The translations under genes and the position numbers were made by a program. Source: Bugula neritina (Eukaryota > Animalia > Bryozoa). From it: a DNA stretch of 64,000 nt. Below, piece after piece: positions 1 to 12,149 of this stretch; the stretch's first letter is position 1; each line of letters begins with the position of its first letter. The stretch covers positions 19,017,700 through 19,081,699 of the forward strand of contig OZ037768.1 in NCBI GenBank assembly GCA_964035545.1, written 5' to 3'. The notes beneath the pieces are model-generated. The model worked only from the letters and a program-made list of their open reading frames with translations. It made no database searches and was not told the origin of the DNA.

Positions 1-808
1 GAATTCTCTACCCTTCTGCATGGTTATTAGTTCACAGTCAAAAGTTTTATAAAACAACTTGTGCTTTGTATTTCTTCTATTGCAAATTGGCTCACTGTTC
101 AGGAGTGTAAACCTTTCTTTCTCACCAGTGCCGTCAATGGAATGTGTTTCTTCTTGATTAACCATCAGGAGTAAGCTTTTCAAAAAGCTAACAAATTGTA
201 AGCAAGATCTATGCTCATCACCTTATCACTACTATGCCATGTTAGCAATAGGTTATAAGGCTTTGCCTTCTACAGCTCTAATGTTTTGTTCAGTTTCTCT
301 CTCATGCTTAAAGTACTGTGTTCTGATACACTTATGGGTGTTTTATATTGTAATATAAATTACGGTTGTCTTAAATTTATAAACAATTTTCTCTGATGAT
401 GACCTTGGTAATCTTTGAAATATTAGTAAGGATCTACCAGTTTTTCATCATACTTCATTAGTTTTAGAATGAAGTATTTTAATAAGCAGGAAGTTTGTAT
501 TTTACTTTTTGGTCTGTCTAAATTATCACACTTTATTGTTTTTGCTATAAATTGTATGTTTGATCAAATAGAACATCTGAAACAAATGCACTCAATTTTT
601 TTCTCGTAACAGCTAAATTTTACATGAGTTTTAGACTGTAGCAAGTCTATGATGCAAGATTTCATGATCATAATATCTTCGTGTTGATCACGTTTGAAAC
701 TGCTTCAGGATAAGCTGTGCTGATTTATACATGTATCAGTTTTCTTGGAAAAGATATTGCAAAACTGCTAGTCAACAAAACTTTGGTTAGTAGTGGAGCT
801 TGACCAGA

Positions 809-1140
809 TTACTTGGAGGCGGTGTATTTATTTACAGCCTTTGTGTCCTCAGACACGGCATGTTTAGCTAACTCTCCTGGCAGAATCAGTCTCACAGCAG
901 ACTGTACCTCGCGACTGGTTATGGTGGATCGCTTGTTGTAGTGCGATAATCGTGACGCTTCATCAGCAATCTTTTCGAAGATATCATTGAAGTGTCCGGG
1001 TGCACTAGCTTCAACACCTTGTAAATATATGTGCTGTAACTTTCTTTTCTTTTCCGCTTGTTTTTCTTGTCTCCAGACGTTGGAGCTGCTTTAGCCTTTC
1101 CTGCTCTCTTGGCGCTTTTGAAGATAACTTTAGGAGGCAT
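809..1140 (-). pseudogene. H2B: Histone H2B pseudogene (internal ~40-nt deletion causing a frameshift)
   Basis: N-terminal frame reads [23 protein letters not shown]. The conserved GISSKAMxIMNSFV segment is missing, and the rest of H2B continues in another frame ([59 protein letters not shown]) to TAA at 811-809. No histone 3' stem-loop seen downstream. Confidence 0.92.
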
Positions 1141-2353
1141 GCTGTTCAGTTAGTGATGATAATGTTGAATGCTTGTTCTCGATGTAATGACTGCAACAGT
1201 AGTTTGATGCTCAAATGTTATAGTGCTCCATAGTGACATTACAATGTTAGTTAGCAAATAGTTGCTCTGGAAAGGAGAGTCCTATGTAACAAACTTTAAT
1301 TTCAAATCTTGATCTCTGGAAAGTATGGCAACCGAAAGATATTAAAAAGTCATATCAAGTTGGTTCGAAAAGCCTCGGCATGATACCAAACAATGATACC
1401 ACTGCTCATTTGCTAAGTTGAATATAGGAGGCAAAAAGCAATACATTAAAAGTAGGAAAACACCAAAATAATGTTTAAAAAAAACTTAGTCATTCAAGAA
1501 TTGCACTTGAACTAGCAAAGCCTATTTTTTTATGAATAAGTTCGCTGTGCTTCTTATGGCTCTACTAAGGCTTAAAACCACTAATCTAGCAAATGTCTTA
1601 TTTAAGGCCAGAACTATATGTGAGACAAGAGGTAATAACTCCTTGTAGTGAAATTCAATTAAATAAATGTGGACTCATTGACTAATTAAGGTGCTTCAAC
1701 GTTGTAAAAGATAATATAGATCGATATAATATAATATGGTGCATTATTTTATTTGTGAAACACATAATCAGTACATTCTAGATTGTACTCTAGAGCCAGC
1801 CATTCGTATTATTCTATTATGCATAATATAATGCTATTATATTGCTATTTGAGGAAGAAAAATATGTCTGAAATTTGACAATATAACTGTACCATGTACT
1901 TTATTAATAAAGCACAAGCTTTACATTGACCTCTGTGTATATTCTGTATTTTAAGAAGGTTTATCAGCACTGAAGCAATTATAACTGAGTTTAAACAATT
2001 GCCATTGCAGATTGAATATGCAACACAGAGGACATCTTTCTATGAGTAAATGAGTCAATTATACTTCAGTGGAATACTAAAAAAAATGGAAGGATTAGGA
2101 ATACAACTGTAAATAATTCTATAACATAACTATATACAACTCTAAAGTCTGTACTCTACATATGTATATGAACTGCCGAAGAATGTTATAGTTATAGATA
2201 TAAATTAGCAATTAGTTCCATCACAATGTTATCATCATGGTACAAAAGTAATAAGGCAAGTGTCATTCTATATAATATAATCTCAAACTGCTCAGTAGCC
2301 TATAAAACACATAACCCTAATACAAATGAAATTGAATCCCTTTCCTAAATAAC

Positions 2354-2503
2354 CTATAAGGAAGAGTTATCCTCTCTCTTGGAGCCATTAAAGCCAGGAA
2401 ACAGGTAAAGTTTTCTCATGTGAGTGAGAGTATCCCAAGCCACAACTAGCTGGCCACTGTCCAAGTCTCTGTTTACACACAGCTTTCTGACTTTAGTCTG
2501 TAC
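2354..2503 (-). CDS. Last exon of ROCO-caspase gene (caspase p10 C-terminus)
   Basis: tgtttag|VQTKVRKLCVNRDLDSGQLVVAWDTLTHMRKLYLFPGFNGSKREDNSSL*; matches the caspase terminal (S/T)TLxKxLYF motif. Confidence 0.85.
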   Translation of the reverse strand, partial: VQTKVRKLCVNRDLDSGQLVVAWDTLTHMRKLYLFPGFNGSKREDNSSL

Positions 2504-5500
2504 CTAAACACAATTATATGTAACTGTATATTCCAGGTATCTAAATTCTAGATGGATAAACACAGAAATTTAGAAACAAAACTACTATTTGAGTTTGTAC
2601 TAGCATTTCTTATCTTCTGTCATTTAGATTATGCGTAGTATGTATGATTGTAACTATAGAGTAGTGCTTTCACTGAGGACCTAAACATAGTCTGTAATGT
2701 GCAAAGCTAAAAGTGTTGGAATGTTTTGAGCAAAATCTACACTATTGTTGGCTTGGGAAAGTTCCAATAGAAATTATAATGCTCCGAAAAAGATTTGAAA
2801 TTGAACTGTAAAATTTTAGCTGTATAACCTAGCATATAATTCTTAAACTTACTTGTTTAAATATAGTGAGGGGATCGTGGTGACAGGCATGCTTATACAG
2901 TGAAGACACGAGAGCTCTAATCATTAGAGATCCGTATACAGGATGTCTCTTTGATATGAATGCTGTAACAGTCAACATATGAATGCTATATAATAGTCAA
3001 CATATGAATGCTATATAATAGTAAACATATGAATGCAATATAATAGTCAACATATGAATGCTATATAATAGTAACTATATGAATGCAATATAACAGTCAA
3101 CATATGAATGCTATATAATAGTCAACATGTGAATGTTATATAATAGTCAACGTATGAATGCTGTAACAGTCAACACTTGAAGGTTAAAACATATATGGAA
3201 GCTTTCTCATTACAATCAAACAATTTAGAATAAGTGTTAATCAAAACTAAACTGGCCATTAGCTTTTCGTCTTTTATTTGCGTTAAAGTTATACTTCACT
3301 ACTACATTAAGACAACACTCATTATTCGTTAGTGTGATCAGAATTAGACCTTAGCACTGTCATAGCTATAACAGCCATAAAATCTAGCTTAGTGTAGTGA
3401 AAAAAAGTTAAATTGGCAGCTATCTCTCTAGCAGTTACCATAACATTCTTTTATGGCATATCATTAGCTGTATATTAAATATTGTGTTGAAAAATTAGTT
3501 CGCCATTTGTCTTGTTAGCTCAAGTCCTTCTGCTATATTCAATATTTTAATAGCCGTAACTGTAAATTTTAATATATCCAACAGTTCATCAGTACATATT
3601 TTGTCATTTTTCCTGGCGTAGCTCTTATGCATACCTTTCTCTACGTAGTTTGTAAAGTCGCACAGTTTTGCTTTACATCTGTAGCAACTACAGCAGGTAA
3701 AGTTATTTATTTTTTCAACATGCATAGCCTGTGTTTCAACATTTAAAGCCACTGAATAATTATTCTTATTAAGCAGATACACTTATGTTACAAAGATTAG
3801 CTGCAAACAGTATTAATTGTTTAATGCTACGGTCACTGAGCTATAGATAGTCATCTCCAGGTGATCTAAGCCAAGGATATGTGCAAAAATATATCATAAA
3901 ATTATTTTCATTGACTAAGAAACAAATAAAGTAAGAGTGTATGCAAAACTGCAAGAGAGGAAGGCCACAACAAGCTATACTCACACTCTATGCTAGATTT
4001 CACTACTATTAAATCGTCATAGTTCAGTCTATTCATAGACTTAGCATCTTCAACCCCTGGCACTCTAGCGGGTTGTGATGACACTACTACAGCGTCTTCA
4101 TTCTGAGCTTGTCCAAGGTCAGATGCTGGGTCTATACCTTTATCACCAACATCTACCCTGGCTGTCATACGAAGTTGCATTTCAAAATGGTTACATTTTA
4201 CTAGATTGGAGAGAATGCATTTGTTGCAACTTTTAGTACAGTGGATAGTCGATTTAAACTGCTCTGCACAAAAAACCATCTTATACAAAACTGATTATTT
4301 ATCTCACACTTGCAAAACTATCTTACGTTAGCTTTGCTGTTTGATATATATAAGACAACATGTTCAATAAATTATCAATCAAAGATCGTCTTCATTTAAA
4401 ATTAATTAATATTTTAGCTCAATTAATCATTTTAAAATTCTTAGCAAAACACTTTCATCTAGAAAACTTCTTACCACCACTACAAGCTTCTAGTATGACT
4501 ATTTTTGGTTTGCCGCACATTCCAGGAAAGTTCAAGAATGTCAACAGGTCATACACGTCTGTGAGACTGAGCATCTGCAGGTCTGTACCATAAAGGTAGT
4601 TATTCATGCTTCCATGAGTCATGATGACTAATACATGACACCCCAGGTCTTCGTGCTCTTTCAGCTGTACTTCATCTTTGATGGTGGATAGAATAGCCTA
4701 GAAAATTATGTGGTGGATTACTATAAAATAAACTATAAAGTAGTTTCCCTTAGAGAGACACTTTGATTTTAGAGAGAGCAACATTCCAGCAGTGCCAAAT
4801 TTCGTATTTGTTAGTTTTCGTTTAGTCCAACTTAAAAAAGAATTTGCTATTTAACCCAAGTATTTGTTGACACTAAACTGTACATCTATCTATCAACTAT
4901 GAAGTGCGCCAATGGCATTACTGCATCATACATACTTCTGCCTTCAAGTCTGTGTGTGTTACAACCTCAAATTTTAGGCCTCGCAACACAGCAGACATAT
5001 TCTCAACATCCACATCTGAACCTTTCCTACACAAATCTGGTCTCTTATCAAAGTTCTTGTTGTTTATTATCAAAGCTCTTCCTCTTTTACGTGTCATACT
5101 GAACACCTGGATCATCAGATGTAGACAAAATGGTAGTTAAATATTTTGAAGAAACCTTTTTCCATTAGCAAAAATAAACATAATAGAAAACTTGTAAAGC
5201 ATTTGAGTCATTTGTTCATTTATTTTCTCATCACTAGCCACGTATCAGTAGCAACCAAACAAGAACCAAATTATGGACTTACCAAAAACATAACTCAAAT
5301 TACCAACAAGATTGTTATTAAAAAAATCAAGGACCACAAATGAATTTGTGAAACAATTAACACTTGCGTTGTACCAATTGTGCAAGAATGACACACAGTA
5401 GAATATGACATTTCTTTCAAACTAACATGGACAATGGAAACTTACTGCTGTTTAAAGTCTAACCCAAACACTTGTTAAGGAGATAATTGCTAGTTTGTAT

Positions 5501-8500
5501 ATGAATATAGTATATTATATTTAATGCCCTGCTACACCATGTAGGGAATACTAAAATGAAATTACCAACAAGCAAACTAATACCTTGTCAGTATTGGAGA
5601 AAAGCTTCCTTATTTTAGGACTTGTAGTTTTTTCCAGTTTGAGCCTGATCAGCTTTAGATGTTCTCCTTTCTCTCCACCAGGGTACAGATATTCATCGTC
5701 ATCAGAGAGGTCACTCAAGCTGTCATCTGCATTAACCTCATCAGCCGCTGCTGAAAAACACATTTTAAAACATTAGTCAAACCTCTGAGCATACAATACA
5801 TATTATAAAGGTCATCCTTGAATCCAAAAAAGCTACCGGCACTTACTTTTTGTTTGATCTAAAGTGATAGCTTAGAATAAAACAAAAACAAAAGAAATTA
5901 CAACAAATGCACAATGTGTCAATGCAAAGTTATGTTACAGTTACTCTTTTAAAGAAAAAGCATCAGAAAGTATATGATCATACTTGAAGTAGTGAGCATC
6001 AGCTGTTCCTTCCTCGCTGTCATTCCAGCAACAGATTTCTCTAAATTGTCCGCCTCACTCTCTGATAACACGTCACCTATTAAAATACAATTTAGATAAC
6101 ATGACTTCACCGGACGCATAAACACAGCTTTAAAAAAGTACTTATGCAACGAAATAGTATCTGCATTATTACATTGCCAATTTCAACAGTAAAATTATGA
6201 AATACTAAATTGCACGTACAAGGATAAAGAAGGGCACTAGGAATCTCATCATCGTCACATAGAGTTGTCGAGGATCCCTTGTAAAACTTGACTGGTGGTG
6301 GAGAATGTTTCAACGAGCGAAGGCACCACGGAGGGTTTACTATCTTGCGAGGATGGGGCTTGCCTAGCATCAAGCAATGAGCACAGTGAATTGAGGTGAT
6401 TGGGCGACTTGCAGTCCAAGTTTCTAAAACATGTCTGATGATATTGTTGGTTGCCGAGATGAGCCTTTTCCACATCTGGGAGATGATGGCTGTATCGGAA
6501 GATACAAAAATCAACACTTTTCTTGACTTGTAGTCATGCACTAATTGTGTATAGATTCCATCCTGGTATACATTGGCTCCATTTCTTTTCACTTTAATAG
6601 CAGCTATGTCATCAGGAAACAGTTCTAGCAGGCCAACAGTCATCTGAAGGTAGACATACTGTGGCAATGCTAGACTACTAAACATAATGACAGTCTGTAA
6701 AAGCAGTCTCTTTGGTGGAAGATAAGAAATATTAAAATAATCCGTAGCAAACTGTGGCAAAATGTACAGCAATTGATTAGCTTGATTACGTAATGGGCCA
6801 TGCAGCAACCGAAAAGTTTGAAGCAAGCAAGAAGCAATTTCCACGTTTTGGGCACCCGTGAATGAGGTTTCTTTCTCAATCAAATACACAAGCAAACTTC
6901 GTGGCATAACTCCTGTGCTTGTGTAGTGTTTCACAATATCTTCAAATTCTTGTTTATCAAGGAACGTGTCATAATCAAACCGACAGGGCACGAAGTCATC
7001 ACACCGATTCCGCCAAATACTAGAATCATGATGGTACAATATGGTTAGCAGCTTGGTCACTTCAGAAATCTTATGAAATATGCAAGGTCTAAGAACCTCT
7101 ATATCTTTGTACCACAGAATCTTGCCACAATCATGCATGTATGTGAGGATTATGTCCAGCTGACTTGGTTTAATTTGAAGGTTTTGCATCCGCAACAGAG
7201 CCAGGACAGACCAAAATGACTTGCAAGCAGTAGGTAGAGATAAAATCGTTTCATTAACTTCTTCCCAAACCATTGGCAGAGGTTTAAAAAAATGCTGACT
7301 TCTTCGAAGGAGAGACTTCTTAATTAGATCGAACACTTCGTATTCGTCATCTTTTCCTACTTCATAAATGTCAGCTTTAAGGAAGACCTCATCAGCTGAT
7401 GTTATGAAATGTTGAATTTGACAAAATTGACCGCCAATGTTTTTCTCTTCTTTGACAATCTCAGCACAAATCTGATTGGTGAGCTCTAAAAAACTTGACC
7501 GTAGCTGTTGGAACTTGACACTTTGAAACTTATCTTTATGAGTAAAAATAAGTTTAGGTGCGCCAAGAGTTGGGTTGGCGAGATAAAGATGAGACATGTA
7601 GTCAAACGCCAACCTTCTTACAGCATCTCTACTTGTTGATTTTTTAGCAAGCTCATCAAACTGGGCCATATTGACTACAATCACCGGTATGCAATTCTGT
7701 TTCAGTGTCAACTGATATGTTATGTGATACACTTCCTGGCCTCCCATATCAATGACTCGCAGTACGGTTCCCTCCACCACGACCTCTTCAACATTAAATA
7801 CTTTTGTCGTCTCATCTACGGCAGCTGCTGGACTTCGGTTGGTCAAAACTCTTTTTCTGCCAGCGTTTTGCAGAGTTTTGATTAAACTCGTCTTTCCAGC
7901 CATTGTGTTACCCAGTACAGCTATTGTAGCAAACGGAAGATTCTTACCAGAACCTTTAGCTAAGTCGATGTAATACTGGATAACAGCAGCTACCCCTCTT
8001 TGGCACACTTCCGAAGGAGGGGATGTAATAGCATCACAGCAATGCAAATTCAGTGTCTGAAGTTGAGTTAGCTGCAATATATCAGGATCTAGCGATTTTA
8101 GGGATTTGTTATAAGATAAATCTAATGACTGCAGACTACTCAATGTGTATAGAAAAGATGGTAGCCTGACGAGGTCGTTCCCATATATCTCTAAACTCTG
8201 CAGTTCCTGTAAGCTCCGCATACTGTCAAACAAAAACACTTAGTTATATCAGCTACCAAGTACCTTTAAAATGTGATGAGTTCAAACAAAAGTACCCATG
8301 TACGCCCTATGTATTGCGGTAACTATAAGCATCATCTGTGGGGCGCTTAGCAATAACTACTCGTAGGAAACCAAGAATTTGTAAGTTACAGGACTTTGTT
8401 TAAAAGTTTATTGCACGATTTTTATAACACATCCGGAAAGCAATAAAACGTTTTAGTACCAACCACAGCAGTAAAAAATTTAGGCTATATAGTTTCATAT

Positions 8501-11500
8501 GTTAATTTAATCAGATACTATGAAGTTACTCCACTAAACACGAACTCATAAAGATATGTCCATCTCATCCATAGATAGCCAAAACAAGTGTTTTGAAGTA
8601 TGAAAACTTTGAATTAGTATACTGTCATATTCTGATACTTAAGCGTTGCAAAGTTTCTGATTTTTTTCTTCTGACATATAAGAAGATAACTCTAAACTAC
8701 ATAATAGAGCAGCTTATGGGAAAATAAATTTTTATCAGCAATGCACAAAGTATACACATAATGCACACAAGGAAGTATTAACTGTAATGCATATGACGTA
8801 ATAGTTGCATACCTCTTTGGTAAAGCACCAAGACTACAGTTATTGATGTACAGCTTCTCCAATGATAGTAAAGATGTGAACATATCATCTAGTTGATTAG
8901 CGTTAAGCTGGTTATTTCCTGAGATATTTAACACTTGGAGATCTTGCAACAGAAGGACACTGAAAGCAGTAAATATTGTGATCATACTCTAAAATACTCA
9001 TGATAAGTCTATTTCCCGGCACACGGTATTATTACAATTGAGTATCACCGAAAGTCATTAAATATTCTAATTTCATAGTTTGATTTACTAGTATTACTAT
9101 CAGATTGTTTAATTGTGTGTATACCTTCTTGGCAGATTGCGGAGTCCGCAGTAACTAATGTTCAACTCCTTCAAGAAGTGCAAAGATGTGAACATATCAT
9201 CAGGTAGAATGTTATTCAGGTTGATTCCTTCCATATTTAGCACTTGAAGATTTTTTAGTCCAGATATGCTATAGAATAATAAGAAAGCTCTAAACAAATG
9301 GACACGAAAGGCTTCATTCTATAAGTCTAACCAACAATTATGTTATTAACAGAGGAGACAACAACCATCAGAGTGGGGAATCAAACTAGAATCTAGATTG
9401 TGGCAACAAATGATCAAACTACAACAAATATGTATTAGATTAAAAGCCTTGCATATCTCTTTGGTGAAAAATTAATATCATTCTACTAAACTGTGACCAT
9501 AGAATTGTGAAAGTCAAGATTTAATGCAGTTTCAGAAAATTTTGAGAAACCCAAATATAACTGTTTTAGTTGTGACAATAAATCTGTAAAACTAGAAATT
9601 TTATAAAAGCAGATAAATTTCCCCATAAAAAACCACAGTAGTATGTAGAATTATATTCTAATATCAAGTTTGGCAGACTTTATATTTTGATATAATTTAA
9701 CAAATTGCAAAAAAAGATTTTTTTTTTTCCAAAGTTCGGTATGTTCAAGGAATTTAAAGCAAATCATTCATGTGGAGCAGATACTAGTTTAATAGATTTT
9801 ATGCTCTGGCATATTAAATACAGTATTTATATTATTACAACATACAATGTAAGCTATAATTATATGAAAATACGCTGCTCAGCTGGCATGCAGGAAAATG
9901 TTTTTAACTGTGGTTCTTCCATTTGCTTTATGGTGAAATGAATAAAAGACGGCTATAACTGTTGAGATAACAATGATATATTTTACAACCTAGAGATAAA
10001 AACCTGTCTTGTTTTATCATCAACTTATCGCTACCCACAATGCATTGTATCAATGCTTTTCCTGTACTTTGTCCATCATGGCTTATACACATATAATAAA
10101 CAAATAAACGTTAATCAAATGACAACAGCCTACCTCAACAATAAATTCTGATAAAATATATTTCAGACTGTCAATCTGATTTTCTATAGATTCTGGAAAT
10201 AAAAAATAGAAAAAGCTTGCCTGCTCACCTACATAGCAGTAGGCTATGCATTGTCTTGGAAACTCATTTCATAAGTTGAAATAACTTATACATACCTATT
10301 GGGTAGAGCACTAAGTCCGCAGTAACTAATATTCAAAGCTCTCAATGACTGCAAAGATGTGAATACAGCATCTAGTAGCTTAACAGAGAGTCTATTTCCG
10401 GACAGGTTCAGTACTTGAAGGTTTCTTAGCTTAGATATGCTAAAATATAATAACTGAAGTAGACAATAGCTTGAAATAAAAAGTGATTGGGTCAAAAGGT
10501 CAGATGCTTAGAGAGGTCAGGAGTTCAGAGAATTACTAGCATAAAAAACTTGAAAATAATACGTGGAACTTTGCTAAAGTATAACAAAATAATTTCATAT
10601 TCCTTTTTTACTATACACTGATATCTAAGCATCAGGATTTAAACGTAATATTTTAAAGTACCAATTATTGTCATTTCTGCCATTTTCCTTATTCTAATAG
10701 ATTTTGTTTCTAAGTTTAAATATTAATCTGCTTATTGGCAGTTAATTATTTTTCATTCTCTAACCACAAAATTTTAAATAAATATTTCCAAATATACTAC
10801 AACCCAAGTAAGTTTTAAAGTAAAACTATCACGAACTGAGTATGTTTATCAAAATAATTTCATAGTCTATAATTCAATAATTGGAGAAGCTAAAACCCTT
10901 TGCACAAACAACATTCATACTACATGTGGTTAAAATCACAAAAAAATGCATCCATACTTGTGCAGTGAAATATAAACCTCAACACAATTCTTACTGACTA
11001 GACACTCATTGAAACTTACAGTTTTGGGTTGTTTCTAAATAAACTCTGATTTATAAATTATGCTAAAAGACTATAACTATAGTACCTGTACAAGTCCAGA
11101 TCTCCCCACATAAACACTAGCCATAGGTTCTTGAGATTAGGGAACAGAGTGTGAATGTTAGGAGGGATGTTCTGCCACAGTATAACATGTGTAACTGTGT
11201 GATGTTTACTTCTATTTCTGATCTCTTCTATAGTATAGTCTCTTGTAGGCATAACATTGTTTGTCCAGTTTTGGTCATAGGCATGTATATTGGAAGTGTT
11301 GAACCATATTCTATATCCTGTCCGGATATACATCACACCACGTTCTGTGATACTAAATCTAGCAAACTGCAAACACACAAAATATTCATTAATCTACCCA
11401 AAGCATCTTAAGACTAATACTCAATATAAAACTTTGTAATAGAAGATAAACTAGAGAAAAGATATACAAGATAGTATACCAAAAACAGAAAACACACAGA

Positions 11501-11643
11501 CAAAACTGTGAGAACAAAAAGTGAAGGAGCAAAAAGTGCCAATGTATACATAATACAGGTGAAAGTTTTTGGCTAGCATGTTGGTGGCTAATTAGCCCAA
11601 CATGAACATAATATATTATCATACACAACTTACTTTCAGCCAT
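2354..11643 (-). CDS. Multi-exon LRR-Roc-COR (ROCO) GTPase with C-terminal caspase (peptidase C14) domain, ~1250 aa
   Basis: Hand-spliced GT-AG exons with compatible phases: 11634-11643 (tentative start), ~11086-11346, 10296-10439, 9125-9268, 8813-8959, 6220-8222, 5984-6076, 5584-5750, 4936-5106, 4475-4697, 3985-4161, 2853-2962, 2354-2503 (TAG). Frame is open from 11086 to the stop. The 5' end is uncertain. Confidence 0.85.
2853..2962 (-). CDS. Caspase p10 exon of ROCO-caspase gene
   Basis: SFISKRHPVYGSLMIRALVSSLYKHACHHDPLTIFKQ corresponds to the caspase SWR...GSWFI motif; bounded by ag and gtaagt. Confidence 0.85.
2954..3174. repeat. Minisatellite, 9 units of 23-25 bp (atatgaatgctatataatagtcaac) spanning a splice acceptor
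   Basis: Tandem units read directly; first and last units are the 23-bp variant atgaatgctgtaacagtcaac. Confidence 0.95.
3985..4161 (-). CDS. Caspase inter-subunit linker / p10 start exon
   Basis: ARVDVGDKGIDPASDLGQAQNEDAVV...RLNYDDLIVVKSSIE; DLIVVKSS aligns with caspase DFLxAYST; phase 1-1. Confidence 0.8.
4475..4697 (-). CDS. Caspase p20 catalytic exon (His and Cys)
   Basis: CHVLVIMTHGSMNNYLYGTD...NFPGMCGKPKIVILEACSG; absent from the ORF track, translated by hand. Confidence 0.92.
4936..5106 (-). CDS. Caspase p20 N-terminal exon
   Basis: VFSMTRKRGRALIINNKNFDKRPDLCRKGSDVDVENMSAVLRGLKFEV, the classic caspase G-ALIINNxxF...RxGSxxD motif. Confidence 0.92.
6220..8222 (-). CDS. Large exon encoding last LRRs, Roc GTPase and COR domain
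   Basis: LRRs, then PPSEVCQRGVAAVIQY; P-loop GNTMAGKTSL; G3 DMGGQEVY; G4 THKD; COR-type YMHDCGKILWY; C-terminal CAHC motif. Confidence 0.93.
8813..10439 (-). CDS. Three paralogous LRR exons (8813-8959, 9125-9268, 10296-10439), two LRRs each
   Basis: 147/144/144 nt, all phase 2-2; consensus SIxxLxNLQVLNxSGNxL...DxxFTSLxxLxxLNISYCGLxxLPxR. Confidence 0.9.
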
Positions 11644-11821
11644 CTTAAGAAAACTGCTGCTCATACATATGATTACTTTTCAGCTTTCATCATACCTGTA
11701 ACAATGATTAGACAGCAACTATAAATCATAGAAAATTAAATTTGTGACAGCAAACAGTAGATTATTACAATTCTACAACAAACAAATTTCGTTTCTGTTG
11801 AGCAACATCATTATCCTATAA

Positions 11822-12057
11822 CAGGGGTGGGCAACTGGAGCCCCAAGGGCCATTTGTGGTCCTTTGTCCATTTTTCAGTGGCCCTTTTAATGCTTGAGAT
11901 AATTAAAAACTGTCATATGTATTCTGATTAGCACAGCATAGGTTTGGCAACTAATTACTTTATTATAATAAAATTTATTATGTGTACAATCATGTGCCCC
12001 TTTGTTTTGGCTAACTTCTGAACTTGGCCCTCGAGCAAAAGAAGTTGCCCACCCCTG
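11822..12057. mobile_element. hAT-type (Charlie-like) non-autonomous element / MITE
   Basis: Perfect 15-bp TIR caggggtgggcaact / agttgcccacccctg; degenerate 8-bp TSD tcctataa / ttctagaa. Confidence 0.85.
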
Positions 12058-12149
12058 TTCTAGAATATCAAAGAAAAATTAGACAATAAAGGCAATTATG
12101 CAAATGCAGAACAAAATCGTCAATGAATATTCAAATATCATAATTGTGT

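Noticed and set aside
2954-3174. Repeat array as possible CRISPR
   Set aside because: No unique spacers, no cas genes, eukaryotic intron context; plain minisatellite (same for 35341-35499, 37385-37558 and 40670-40786)
6107-6219. C-terminal tail of the 710-aa ORF (TCNLVFHNF...CVR*)
   Set aside because: Intron read-through: GT donor at 6219 and a phase-matched exon at 6076-5984 continue the protein
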